Shown here piece by piece: positions 51,553 to 63,630 of a DNA stretch of 64,000 bases. Below the pieces are notes generated by a model that was not told the DNA's origin, searched no databases, and saw nothing but the letters and a program-made list of their open reading frames with translations. Source of the stretch: Antedon mediterranea (lineage: Eukaryota > Animalia > Echinodermata). The number at the start of each line of letters is the position of its first letter. The first letter of the stretch is position 1. The DNA lies in the NCBI RefSeq assembly GCF_964355755.1, contig NC_092672.1, positions 24,193,237 through 24,257,236 on the forward strand, in the 5' to 3' direction. Position numbers and translations under genes: made by a program.

Positions 51553-54096
51553 TAAATAATTCTAAGCATGTGAAACAAAATACTGATTATTGATTATTTG
51601 AAAGTGGATAATTTAAAAACATAAAATATGTTGGTATCACATGGATGACACACACACACACAGAGTGATATCACTTTGTTAGTTTTACTGTCTTGTGCTG
51701 CTATCTGTATCGTGGTATTCTAGCTTTAAAATTAAAAAAAATTAAGATAAAATGAGTTGATTATTTATTATTGAAATGAGTATTTATTATTCAATTACAT
51801 AATAAAAAAATAGTTTTGATAGCTGAATTCAATTAGCTTGGTGTTTATGAACATCTATTACTACATTAATACATAACTTGCTTGCTCATCTTGATTGTGC
51901 TAAGTGCCATAAGTAAAAAGTAATTATGTCGGATGAGTATCACCCTTCCTCATCATTACCTTGTCTTTAGTAAGTCAGGGCGTTTAGTGTTACCCAAGAT
52001 GGAAAACCAATAGGATGAGAAACTCGTTTCTCACTACTGCAATGAGTCAATTCAATGAAACTTGGAAACATTGATCATTTTATGCTATATCTTTACACAT
52101 ACCAATCTTGCTTGTATTTTGTATTTTGTATTTTAAACGATTTATTTTATCTGTATTTTACCAAATTTTAACATTTTTTAACTCATTTTTATATTTTTAT
52201 GTGAATTTTTAACTTTAAACAAACAAAAATAATGTACATATTTTTCTGTATTTGACCATGAATAAATGAATACTAGGCCGGTAATTTGTTTAGGTTTATA
52301 CCTAATTAGGCCTACTGTAATAATATTCAATTCAAATTGTTCTATCCTAATTATAGTTTTCAAAGTATTAAATACAAAATTACTAAAGAAATATAAAATG
52401 GAGACTGCTTTATTTTTTTTTAATACATAAGCAATATTATAATAATAATTAATCTGATACTCTAGAATATAAGTTTAAAGTTGATTATTTTAATAAAATA
52501 TAATATTTTTGGCGTCATATCGATGCTTTATTCCGTGTTTCCAAGATAATTATATCAGTAACTCGGAATCTCGGAAGGTCAATTTTAAGTGTCCGTACAA
52601 TAAAAAGAAGTTTGCTATTCATTTTGTATAACAAACACATGGAATATTTTAAAACACATTTTGTTTCTATTGTTCACTAATCGTTGTATATACTTTATTG
52701 TTTTATAGCATTGCTATGTTTTAATATTGTTGGTGTTCCACTTAGTGCTTTTTAACAATTAGGCTTAAATATAGTTGTTACTGTGTGCAAAACAATATCA
52801 GTTTTTTTGTGGCAACAGTGTACAGTTATATGTTATAATTGAAAATATAATCTTTAATGTGTGTTATTATCAATACATAATGCTATACATTATGTTTTTT
52901 TACGCTATGGTCATAAATTTCCATTTGAAACACTTTATGAAAACAATAGTGTCTTGACCATTTTATTAAATTAATATTTTTTTAAACAGTATTTAATAGT
53001 TAAAGGTGTATTGTCCTCAAAATCATGAAAAATAAAGATTAATTAAATCAGATTTTGAATGTTATTTTGTAGGGTTTTATTAATAAAGTTAATTAATGTA
53101 ATCACTTCCGTAGAAAAAAAAACGAAAAATAATAATGTTTTCACTTATAAAATGACACTAAATGGTTAAATTTAACCAAAAACCTTTGGGTTGGCAGCCA
53201 ATTTGAACATTTTTTCATTAAAATATTTAATTTGAATTTTTTTCAGGTAAATACATTTTTTTGGATCAAATTTTTGGTCAAAATGGATAACTATTATGTT
53301 ACATAAAAATGGCACATTCAACAAAAATGTTATGAATAATTTTTTTTTATAGGGAGACATTACATCTTTGACAAAAACACTTAAAATTTCACAAACCTTC
53401 AATTGTTCTTACAAATGGTTTTGTATTTTAAAAGTGCAATTTTCACAAATTATTTTTTAGACAGGTCACTTAAAAAATACCCTATGATCCCTGTGTATTA
53501 TAATGATTAAAGATGCTAGTTGTACTGAATATTTTAGTATGTTTTATTCAACATTTTTAGTAATGCATTTTGCCATACTCTCTTTTATTGTCAACACACT
53601 ACCAACTCCGTCCACCACCTCCTCCTCATTAAATAGAAGAAGAAGAAGAGCAATGATATTAAAGGATGTAATATAGACCCATATTAGACCCATTTTTAGT
53701 TTGTAATTATTTTTTCCATAATACATTACAAGGGCCTATACATTTTATATTACACAGTGCCCTCACTCATCATTTATTTTACTTACTGTTTATATTGTTA
53801 GCACTTTCAGTACCAGTGTACTGTTCAATAAAAACCCAAAAATCTGTACAAAATTTAATTTCATTTTGTTTAAAGCTTTTTTACAAAACACCTTTTAATT
53901 GAAATAGCATTTAAAATAAAAGAAAAACAATTACCAGCATTAAACTAGATGATGATTTCATTTCATTATTCGGTCTATTTCAGTATATACATTAAAAAAA
54001 ATTAAATTGGGGAGATGGTCAACCTAAGTGAACTTACATCACTGAGCTATACGGTAATATTTTTTGTCTTAGTCTAATTTGGCTTATATTCATTCA

Positions 54097-54210
54097 TTTT
54101 TAGTCGCGTGCAAACGAGACTCTATAGCGCACTATGTCGGCTGGTAGTTCGGTCGGTAAACAGTAACTCAAATTTGTGCATGTGACTGCAGCCATGTATA
54201 TGGCCTTGTT
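54097..54210 (+). mobile_element. Minimal (~114 bp) HINE-type element related to family 2
   Basis: TTTTTAGTCGCGTG-caaa-CGAGACTCTATA head, short GTCG tract, decayed subTIR CATGTGACT and GCCATGTATATGGCCTTGTT end. Confidence 0.75.
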
Positions 54211-54330
54211 AATCATCTATTTAAATAATAATAAATACAACATAGTACAAAACTGACTCCAAATAACAAGAGGCAAGCCATGATTCAACGTTTTAAATCT
54301 ACCCACTGTACAGTGTTTCATATTTTAGAA

Positions 54331-54864
54331 CACGGATACCGGCTGCCCGCTATCCAGACAGATAACCACACCGGTTACAATACAACACGAACACAGCACT
54401 TTGGATCCGTACAATTTAATATGTAAAGCGGTTATATGGTAACTGAAACAATAACAATAACAAATAAATAATAGAGCACGGGAGCCAAGCCCATCGGGCA
54501 CACAATGCGCAAATCCCGGCTATGTGAAGTGTTACCTACAAACAGTATCACACCAGCCAATGCCGGCGAGAAAGCTATCATAAATAATAGGCCTATATGT
54601 ACTAAGATAACAACGTACAGTAGTAATCTATCAAGATCAATTTTAGGTTAAGTTAAGTCGGTATATCGTAATACATTATTATAAACTTAGCTACTTACAA
54701 CAACTGTAAATGCACCAGCATCGCACGATACAATCCCTTGCATGATATGACGAATGTATAGTAATTCGTCCACTAGAACTACGTATACCTAACGAGTCAT
54801 TCGTGTGCTAAATACTATTCAAATGAGCCACGCTATACGGCGGCAGGTGCGCTAAGCCGGCACA
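54331..54864 (-). repeat. 3' LTR of the BEL/Pao element
   Basis: Starts TGTGCCGGCTTAGC on the minus strand; near-identical to 60444-60898 apart from a 79-bp extra block (54762-54840). The outer ~11 bp are altered. Confidence 0.93.
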
Positions 54865-54986
54865 CTCCCCGTTTGGTATACAAAGTATACCACTACTTTA
54901 AAAAATTACATGAAAATATATTAATTATTGAAATAAAATTCTGCTTCTTAAAGGAATGAACATGATATTTTACACCGTACAATCCT

Positions 54987-56927
54987 TCACTCCATATCTT
55001 CTACCGGAATCAGCAACACCAGTTCATTGCTTGGTCTAGAAAGCAGCTTGGTTGAACCATCTCGGCTCACTTTTAATTCCACCTTCCGCACCAATTTGTC
55101 ACTACTTTCAAAAGTGCTTGTGACTCTTGCCATTGGCCAATTATTTTGATGAATTGCCTTTTCCTTCATTAGGATGAGGTCGCCCTCCTTCAGACATCGT
55201 CTTACACGATGCCATTTCCTTCTACCGTGTAGAAGGGGAAGATATTCTTTCTTCCACCTGGACCAAAACGTATCGGCCAGGTATTGCACCCTCCGCCATT
55301 GCCTTCCAACTAAGTCGTTCTTGGTAAAACCGATACCAAGAGGGGCCCTCACGTGATTAGACTTTTGAGTCAAAATCATATTTGGTGTTAGCACATCAGG
55401 AGATTGTGGATCACTTGGTATCGGCGTAAGCGGTCTTGAGTTCACAATCGCCGTAACTTCTGCCATAAGTGTCGTCAGAACCTCATGTGACAGCTGGATA
55501 GGTCCTAAGTCGGCAAACATAGAATCTAGGATGCGTCTGCATATGCCAATCATCCTTTCTAATGTTCCGCCCATATGGGAGGAATGGGGAGGATTAAACA
55601 ACCACGCACAGTTATTCTCTAAAAGGTATTTCTTGACTCCACCATCGGTGCTAAGTATACAAATCTCGTTACACGCTCCCATGAAGTTTGTGCCACAGTC
55701 TGATTGAATCTGACCTACTGGTCCACGAATGGCAAGGAATCTCCGCAAGGCGTTGATGAAGCTTGACGTGTCCATAGACTCTGTAATCTCAATATGAATG
55801 ACGCGGCAAGACATACACGTAAACAGTACCGCCCAACGTTTTGCTCTCGCCATACCTCCTATCGTTTTACGTGATGACACTATCCATGGTCCAAATACAT
55901 CTAGGCCAACGTACGTAAAAGGAGGGGCCATGGACAAGCGCTCAGCTGGCAAGTCCGCCATCTTTTTACCCAGTTCCTTGCCTCTTCTCTTCCGGCACTT
56001 GATACACTTGCTAATTATACTGTCGACCCTTCGTTTCTCCGCCACAATCCAGTATCCAGCACTTCTAATAGCTCCTCGCGTGAAATGCTTTCCCTGATGT
56101 TGGACTTGTGCATGGTAATATTGAATGATTAAGTCGGAGACGTGATGTGACCCTCGTCCAATTATCGGGTGTGTGTCCAGCTCTCCCATCCCAGCGTTCT
56201 TAAGACGACCGCCAACTCGGAGAAGTCCATTTCCGTCTATGAAAGGGTCCAACTTGATGAGTGCCTTTGACTTAGGCAGCGGATTACCACTCTCCAGAAA
56301 CTCCAGCTCATCTGCAAAGACAGCGCGTTGGGTGGCGCCTATAACAATTCGGCTTGAGTCATCCAGTGTCGTAGATGATGCACATATGTCCCAACCTTTG
56401 CACCCATCTGGTTTGGTATGTCTGTGGGAAAATGAACGTGTTATATGAACCAAGTTAGAAACTGCTCGTAAAATTCTGAACCAATCAGAGAACCTTTGAA
56501 ATCGCTCCGATCCAATCTTGGTGACTTTAGGTTTGGCCACCGTAGCGTACGTGTGAACCACTGGCCGAACTTCGGGATCTTCTTCTTGGACTGGATATTC
56601 GTCGGCTGAATTCAAGTGAAGATACTGGTTACGGAGAAACGCAGGACCAACCATCCATTCCGACAACGTCGGATCTGAGGCAGAAATGCCTCTCGAAGCA
56701 AGATCGGCTGGATTTTTTCCGGATTCGATGTATCGCCATTGGGCTGGTTGTGTGATTCTGATAATACGTTCTACTCTGTTGCTAACATATACATAAAATC
56801 GTCTTGTTTGATTTGAAATATATCCAAGTACCACACGGCTGTCCGAGTAAAAAACCATGCTGTCCAGTTTCAGGTCTAGTTCGTCTGCAATGAGCTCTGC
56901 TATGCCAGCACCTAACACTCGGCGCAC
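54987..56927 (-). CDS. BEL/Pao pol C-terminal part: RNase H end, integrase zinc finger and core, DUF5641-like tail (646-aa open segment)
   Basis: YSDSRVVLGYI, NPADLASRG, RVGGRL, H...H-QG...C..C, GLDVFGP, SDCGTNF, HMGGTLERMIG, FWSRWKKEYL. Confidence 0.92.
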   Translation of the reverse strand: MRRVLGAGIAELIADELDLKLDSMVFYSDSRVVLGYISNQTRRFYVYVSNRVERIIRITQPAQWRYIESGKNPADLASRGISASDPTLSEWMVGPAFLRNQYLHLNSADEYPVQEEDPEVRPVVHTYATVAKPKVTKIGSERFQRFSDWFRILRAVSNLVHITRSFSHRHTKPDGCKGWDICASSTTLDDSSRIVIGATQRAVFADELEFLESGNPLPKSKALIKLDPFIDGNGLLRVGGRLKNAGMGELDTHPIIGRGSHHVSDLIIQYYHAQVQHQGKHFTRGAIRSAGYWIVAEKRRVDSIISKCIKCRKRRGKELGKKMADLPAERLSMAPPFTYVGLDVFGPWIVSSRKTIGGMARAKRWAVLFTCMSCRVIHIEITESMDTSSFINALRRFLAIRGPVGQIQSDCGTNFMGACNEICILSTDGGVKKYLLENNCAWLFNPPHSSHMGGTLERMIGICRRILDSMFADLGPIQLSHEVLTTLMAEVTAIVNSRPLTPIPSDPQSPDVLTPNMILTQKSNHVRAPLGIGFTKNDLVGRQWRRVQYLADTFWSRWKKEYLPLLHGRRKWHRVRRCLKEGDLILMKEKAIHQNNWPMARVTSTFESSDKLVRKVELKVSRDGSTKLLSRPSNELVLLIPVEDME

Positions 56928-59900
56928 AGTTCGAGCCTCGGCACCGTTGTTGCTTGTTTGGGTGCTAACTTCGCCTTCCCGAGAACAAAGCTTACATAGA
57001 CGTTTCCACTTTTGTCGGAAACCCGAAGATAGCTGACAGCACCGATAGCTTGGGTGGAAGCATCAACGAACGTGTGTAGTTCCCGCCTGGTCGCTTCAGT
57101 AGTAGGAACAGGTGTATATGCACGAGGGATGCGCACCTCCAACAGGGTAGGTAACAAAAGCCGCCAGTTGCGCCATGTAGATAGTGTTTGCTGTGGTAAG
57201 GGATCATCCCAATCAAGTGAACTATCCCTTGTCATCTCACGCAACAGCCGCTTACACTTGAGCACTCTGGAGTGGTATGTGCGCTATAAAAATATTATTA
57301 TTATTATTATTACCCTCAATTAAAACTGGTGCGGCAATGCCAAAAGGGTCGTAGATGCTGTTGATTTTGGCTAATGCTCCTCGTTTGGTGAAGGGTCGCT
57401 CGACTGGACTAATCTTGAAGGTGAAGTCATCACGCTTAATGTCTCAATACACTCCCAGTGACCTTTGAATGGGAGGTTCCTGTGATGTAAAGTCAAGATC
57501 CCGTAGATCTCCAGCGTGGTCTTCGCCTGGAAACGCATTCATCACCTCGAGGTTATTACATGCAATTTTGTGGAGTCTCAACTGACCGGTTAACAACATC
57601 GACTGTGTACGTTTCAACACATCAATGGAATCTGTTGGAGTTGGGAGGGACTTCAGGTTCCACAAACTTTCGGGCATCTTCGCCAAACCTTTCTGACGCA
57701 AATTGAGCAGTTTTGCGCAATCCGAATGTGGCAACAGCAGGCGACGGTGCGTTTCCAAATATATGAACCTTCATTCTTTAATCCACAATATCACTTTCCG
57801 GGTCGTTATTCCTAAACCACAGGAATCTCAAGTAATCACGATGTTGTTCCTTCACATGGAAAGAAAGAAACATTTGCTCTACATCTGCCATAAAGGCATA
57901 CTGTATCTTCTTGAAACCTAATTAGAACGCCGATTAGGCTGTTGACGAGGTCGGGTCCGGTTATTAGCACACTGTTTAGCGAAACACCCAGATATTCAGT
58001 ACTTGAGTCGAACACGACGCGGATCTTGTCCGGCTTTTTCGGGTGGTACACTCCGAAATGTGGGAGGTACCATCGTTCTTTGGGTAAGCAACCTGTAGAA
58101 ACTTGCTCCGCATGACCCTTTACCAACATAATAGTCATAAACTGAAGATATTGCTGTTTCATCTTAGGCTTTCGTGAAAAGGACTTCAGCAAGGTACGAA
58201 ACCACTTCATCGCTTCGTGTCGGTTGTCGGGTAACGTAGGCCTTGACGAACGGAATGGAAGTGGTGCTACCCAGTTGCCTGTAACGCCTTTTACAAACCC
58301 AGATTCCATTATCTTCAAGAACTGCCTATCTTCCGTAGAGTTACCAATCTTATTGTCGTGATTTGACAAGTTGAAGACGTCACACCCTACATGGTCTGAA
58401 TATACGGGTGGATGATGAGAAATTCCGAAGAGGTTGGTACAAGGGTTGAAACATGAAGGTCGTCCAGTATGCATGGTGTGGGTGTTGAACGTGTTAATGT
58501 TGGTGCTATGATGTGATTACCCTACGCAGACTTCTCCCATTACCACCCATCCGAGGTCCAATCGCTGGTCCCACGGAGCAGCATTTCGGCCGTTACGCAC
58601 TTCACGCACTTTATGAACTTGCGGTATGTCACGTCCCAGGAGGATTAATATGTCTGCGTCAGGGTCGAGATTTGGGATTTCCTTAGCAATGGACTTCAGA
58701 TGCGGATGACATTCAGCTACCTCTGGAGTAGGTATCTCCGTCTTACAATCAGGAATGGCGTTCCATTCGATTAACGGCGGAGCAGGTATACATACACCAC
58801 TATTTGATTCGATGACGAGTCCAGTGAGACGACGACCAGATGTGCTTGTAACGCCCGAACAAGTCTTAAGTGTGTATGGAACTGGCGCTCCTTCGATCTT
58901 CATCAAGTCGAACAGCTTATACCTAGCGAGTGGCCTGTTTCTGCTCGTCCAAGACAATATAAGTGGTAATAGCCATCTCAGGCATGCCTTTCAAATACAC
59001 ACGAGCCAAACATATCTTGGAACAGGACCTTGCTGTCGGCACGTTGTGGCATATCTCGGTGCACTTATTAGCGAAAACGTTGCCTTGGGCGCCTTTATCA
59101 TCAGTAGGAACGTTGACTTGCTCCCCGCTTTGCTGGCTGGTTTCTGTATTCGGCTTATCTGCATGCAGGGCGTCCAGGTGCCGTTTGCTACCACACAATA
59201 AACATTCGATGTCGGCTTTACACTGCCTAGCTACGTGTGAAGTCGATGCGATGCACCGGAAGCAATACCTCAATTCTCTCAGTAGTGCTCGTTTCGCATC
59301 GGTAGACATCTTGAGGAATGCTCTACAATCACGCAACAGATGATGAGGAGTCTTGTGAATGGGACACTTCGTCTCGACATCGACGTCGGTATCGTTGGTT
59401 TTGTCAAGACCTGTCAACTTAGCCAGGATATTAGCATGGTAGGTAGCTTTGGGCGTAGTCGATATTTTCGGGTTACTCTATTTCCCCTGTTCCACGGCGT
59501 GGGAGAGCATCAGGCTCCTGTCGTTTCGTTCTTTAGCCACTTTTGTAACAAAGTTGGAGAAAAATGAAAATGGTGGGAATTTACCATCCGAGTCTTGCTT
59601 TTAACGGAAGGCTCGAGAACGCCATTTCTCCTGAAGATCTCGTGACATCTTTGACACCAGAGGATTGACGCCTAGAAATGTATCTAAATAGTCAAATCCG
59701 GGAAGACCAACAGACAATCCCTTAGCTGGGTTGGAAATGTGGACGGCCCTTGCACTTCGTACGATCTCGGTAGATTCAGGTCCAGTATACTTTAGAATCA
59801 GGTCAATCTGTTCCGATGGCGTCACAGGAGGAATATCCTGGATTTCGTTCTGGAACGATAACTTCCATGCCCAGAAACTTTCAGGTTGGTCGTCGAAGTT

Positions 59901-60408
59901 TGGTATACAAGCCGCGACGAGATCCCGACGAGCGTATATACGCATCATGCCTTGAAGAAAGTCAGAAACGTCCCCCTTTGATAAGTCGAGTTTGGTTTCT
60001 CCCATAACTGCTTTTGGCTCTGCCATCTTAGGTGTCGAATGAGTCGGTTTGGTCTGGCTAGGAAGGCTTTCTAAGTATTGTTCTACGAGACGGTTACGCT
60101 CAACTGCAGGAACACCATCCAAGGAATCGTCACTGAAGTCATCCACATTGAGTTCGAGAAGCTCTTGGTCAAGCACATTTGACCTAGCCTCTGCAGCTGC
60201 AGCAGCCTTTTCATCCAGCAACGATTGGTATGCCGCCTTGGCCTTCGCTGCTTCTACTTGGACTTTGCTTTTTTGTTTTGTATAGTTTAGGCGTGCCTTC
60301 GTCTGCCCGAGCCTCTGCGGCTGTCAATGCGAGCTGCGAATACACGGATGAGCGTCGTGAACTTGCTCTACTGCTTTGTTTCGAAGACATCTCCACTGAG
60401 GTTCTCAT
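56912..60408 (-). pseudogene. BEL/Pao gag, protease, RT and RNase H, frameshifted
   Basis: CPIH...HLLRDC and CFRC...H.ARQC knuckles; WYLPHFGVYHPKKPDKIRVVFD; HIFGNAPSPAVA; RSLG; YDPFG; LHTFVDAS; PRLELCA. Confidence 0.92.
57256..57309 (+). mobile_element. Tiny L2-type LINE/SINE 3' tail inserted in BEL pol
   Basis: ...GTGCGCTATAAAAAT(ATT)n end with TTAC duplicated on both sides. Removal restores PVLIEGKRLLRE on the minus strand. Confidence 0.8.
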
Positions 60409-60432
60409 GCGATGTACAAATAGTTGTTTTAC

Positions 60433-60898
60433 TGTTCTGGCCTCACGGATACCGGCTGCCCGCTATCCAGACAGATAACCACACCGGTTACAATACAACA
60501 CGAACATAGCACTTTGGATCCGTAAAATTTAATATGTAAAGCGGTTATATGGTAACTGAAACAATAACAATAACAAATAAATAATAGAGCACGGGAGCCA
60601 AGCCCATCGGGCACACAATGCGCAAATCCCGGCTATGTGAAGTGTTACCTATAAACAGTATCACACCAGCCAATGCCGGCGAGAAAGCTATCATAAATAA
60701 TAGGCCTATATGTACTAAGATAACAACGTACAGTAGTAAACTATCAAGATCAATTTTAGGTTAAGTTAAGTCGGTATATCGTAATACATTATTATAAACT
60801 TAGCTACTTACAACAACTGTAAATGCAGCAGCATCGCACGATACAATCCCTTGCATGATATGACGAATGTATAGCGGCAGGTGAGCTAAGCCGGCACA
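60433..60898 (-). repeat. 5' LTR of the BEL/Pao element (466 bp, TGT..ACA)
   Basis: Minus strand reads TGTGCCGG...GGCCAGAACA, followed by GTAAAAC and the gag start. Confidence 0.93.
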
Positions 60899-62291
60899 GA
60901 CAGATTATCAATTCTTACTTTATAGCATTCATTCAAGTATAAGCAATAATGTCAACAGTATACTATTTGAAAATCACAATATAAAAAGATCAACTTTAAT
61001 GATTTTGTAAAGCTTAATATTTGTTAATTCAGTTATGTTCATTCTTTTAAATTCAAACTTTTATTTATCCACAAAATATCAAAGATTAAAAATAAACTTA
61101 TTTCAAAAATTAAAAAAAAATTTTAAACAGTGATCGTGCCTTTAGTTGCATGGTCATTGACACTATTTTAACTAAAATAACTAACTTAAGTTTAGTTAGC
61201 AAATTTCAATGGATGAACTAAAACACCTAATAAAAACCTTAAAAGAGGCTACGAGGATGCTTGTTTTTCTTGTCTTACCATTATTGAATAAATGTTATTT
61301 AATTGAATTCACAGCCTACACATACTATAATATAAAAAGCATGATGTTTTAATTAAGTTTAACTGAAAATGAAAAAAATAAAATGTGTATTCCCTTTGCG
61401 TACTGATCAGCCATTTTTTATTGTTGCAAGGTTTCAAAATGATGCAATGAACTTCACTCCGTCCATTGGATTGAATGTTAAATCAACCAAATATAAGTCC
61501 CGATAATGAACAGAACAGAGTATGCTCAGTATAATGTGCATAAGCATGCGCAGATTAATATGTTGTGTAGATTACCGTATTTATTCTTTATATCAAACCA
61601 ACAGTGTAAAACACCAATAACAGGTTGAAAATAAAAACTAAACTATAAAATATGAGCCAATATAAATATATACAAATGAAAAAGAAAATTTAAATAATTT
61701 CATTAATAATACATTTAAAAAATTACAGTAAAAAATATCCATTCATCTACCGTCCCCCCTTCGTCTACCGTCCTGTCATAAAGTCGCTAGTAGGTTTTAT
61801 TGTAAATTAACAGCAAACTACGTGCAACAGCTAATACTAAATATAGTAGTACTAATTATTGTCAGTATTTTCATTTCTATTGTAAATGTATAGTCAACAG
61901 AGACCTCTTAGAATCAGGCTTCTGAGTCATGTCCGGCATACATTCTACTCATTCACTCTTTACCAAAAATTTGGGATTTTTAAAATGTCTTTCTTTCCAT
62001 CATATATATTCATTTATGACTGACAATTTTATACTTATAGTTTCATTCTACTGTAAAACAATACTACTCTCTTTGTCATTACATTCAGCCTCTTACATTA
62101 ACAATAACATTCAAATTAATTCAGAATAAATACATTTGAATGATGAAGCCTAAAAAAAACCAGAATAACTAAAATACAAATAAATTGGTATATTTCCTGT
62201 CTATACTATTGTACCTTATAACACAAGAATCTCTTGTTCGTCCGAAGCGCGTAACAATTTCGAAAGGCATTGTGGGATAGAATTGAGCTAA

Positions 62292-62479
62292 TGGGTGGCG
62301 CCATTGTGAGCCATAGAGTAGCGCGCCCTCATCAAAATAGAAAGTCAAAATCATAGAAGGGATCTGCTAATACTATAGTGGGGGATAGAGTAATTGACTG
62401 AGCCCTCTATAGGAATTAATAGTTTTGACTTCCTAGTTTGGAGGGGGCGCTGCTCCATGCTGTGAAATGGCGTCACCCA
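62292..62479. repeat. Decayed MITE-like inverted repeat
   Basis: TGGGTGGCGCCATT...AGCGCGCCCTC is imperfectly inverted at GAGGGGGCGCT...AATGGCGTCACCCA. Confidence 0.5.
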
Positions 62480-63067
62480 GTTTGACCTTTTAACACTGTA
62501 CTTTCGATACTGTGTTTTAAATGCAAATTGAAGTACAGGAGATTCTTGTGTTATCAGTTCTTTGCTATGATGTAGATGATGATACATAAAACTGTTATAA
62601 AGCCTATGAAACATACAGTAGTAAGTCAACTAGAAATAAAACTTGGTTTACTAAAGCTTTGGTTGTCAACACAATGTAGGTGCTACACAAGTGAGTTGAC
62701 CAATAACAAGCAACAGTTCGGATAATCCATCACATTGTGTTTGGTCAATTTGCTTGATTTAATTTACAAAAAAATTGGATAGACTACAGACAAATGGACA
62801 GACTAAATGTTGGGACAAACAAACTTATTACATGCAATTATTACTCAGTAATCACCTCTGTAGTCACATGGGTACTCTTTTAAATAGTTATTGATTACAG
62901 TGCCTTAAAATATTCTTTAAATAATAATTGTGTAAATGAATTTGACCAGGACCTTTACCATGCCAATCCATATCAATACTTTGAGTTACAATTGTAGATA
63001 ATATATTGATATTCATTTGTAGCTATACACTAGGCTTCATTATCTTAAGATTATTAGAGTATGCGTA

Positions 63068-63630
63068 ACAGCAGTTGATCATACGCACTGTTTATATTTT
63101 GTGTGGTGAAACGAGTACAGGGGTAGGCCTATAGCTACAGCAGTATGATCATAATCACTGTTTATATTGTATGTGGTGTAGTAGGTACAGGGGTAGTCCT
63201 ATGCTACAGCAGTATGATCATAATCACTATAGGGCTGGAAGTCATTCAATATAGGGTTGTAATTGTATTAAACTACTGTGGAGTAGGGAATATGGCAAAA
63301 CATCTGACCAATTACTGAACTCCCTGACGCAAAACTACTCCACAGTAGTTTAATTACGCTGCGTACTTGGGCTCGAATCTAACCACTAGCCATCCGAGCA
63401 AGTGGTCAGACGTATAAACGGCAGGCTAGTGATCTGGAGGTCATGGGTTCGACTCCCACCCAAGAACTACTTGCAATTTTTTTCGCAAGTATTCTCAAAT
63501 GTACTTAGTATGAAGTACAAATGACGTCAGAGTAGGGCAAAACATCTGAACAATCATTCAAATATACCAAATTCTATATTGTGTGGTGTCTGGTACAGGG
63601 GTATGGCTACATCTGTATGGTCATACTCGC
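63068..63630. repeat. Degenerate ~70-bp tandem repeat interrupted by a cassette at ~63229-63571
   Basis: CACTGTTTATATT..GTGGTG..GTACAGGGGTA..CTACAGCAGTATGATCATA recurs at ~63087 and ~63156 and resumes at ~63575. Confidence 0.7.
63229..63571 (+). mobile_element. Unclassified repeat cassette containing a tRNA-derived segment
   Basis: 20-bp perfect IR (63267-63286 / 63335-63354); tRNA-like ~63395-63465 with B box GGTTCGACTCC; direct repeat GGCAAAACATCTGA.CAAT at ~63294 and ~63536. Confidence 0.55.

Larger units (their letters stand above)
54331..60898 (-). mobile_element. BEL/Pao LTR retrotransposon, full-length, inactivated
   Basis: Two LTRs, purine tract CCAAACGGGGAG next to the 3' LTR, and gag-PR-RT-RH-IN domain order. 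Confidence 0.95.

Noticed and set aside
53000-53473. Kolobok-like MITE starting TTAAAGGTG
   Set aside because: The right end matches only weakly (GACAGGTCACTTAA), so boundaries cannot be supported.
55174-60478. Plus-strand ORFs overlapping the BEL element
   Set aside because: Antisense shadows of the GC-richer gag-pol coding sequence.
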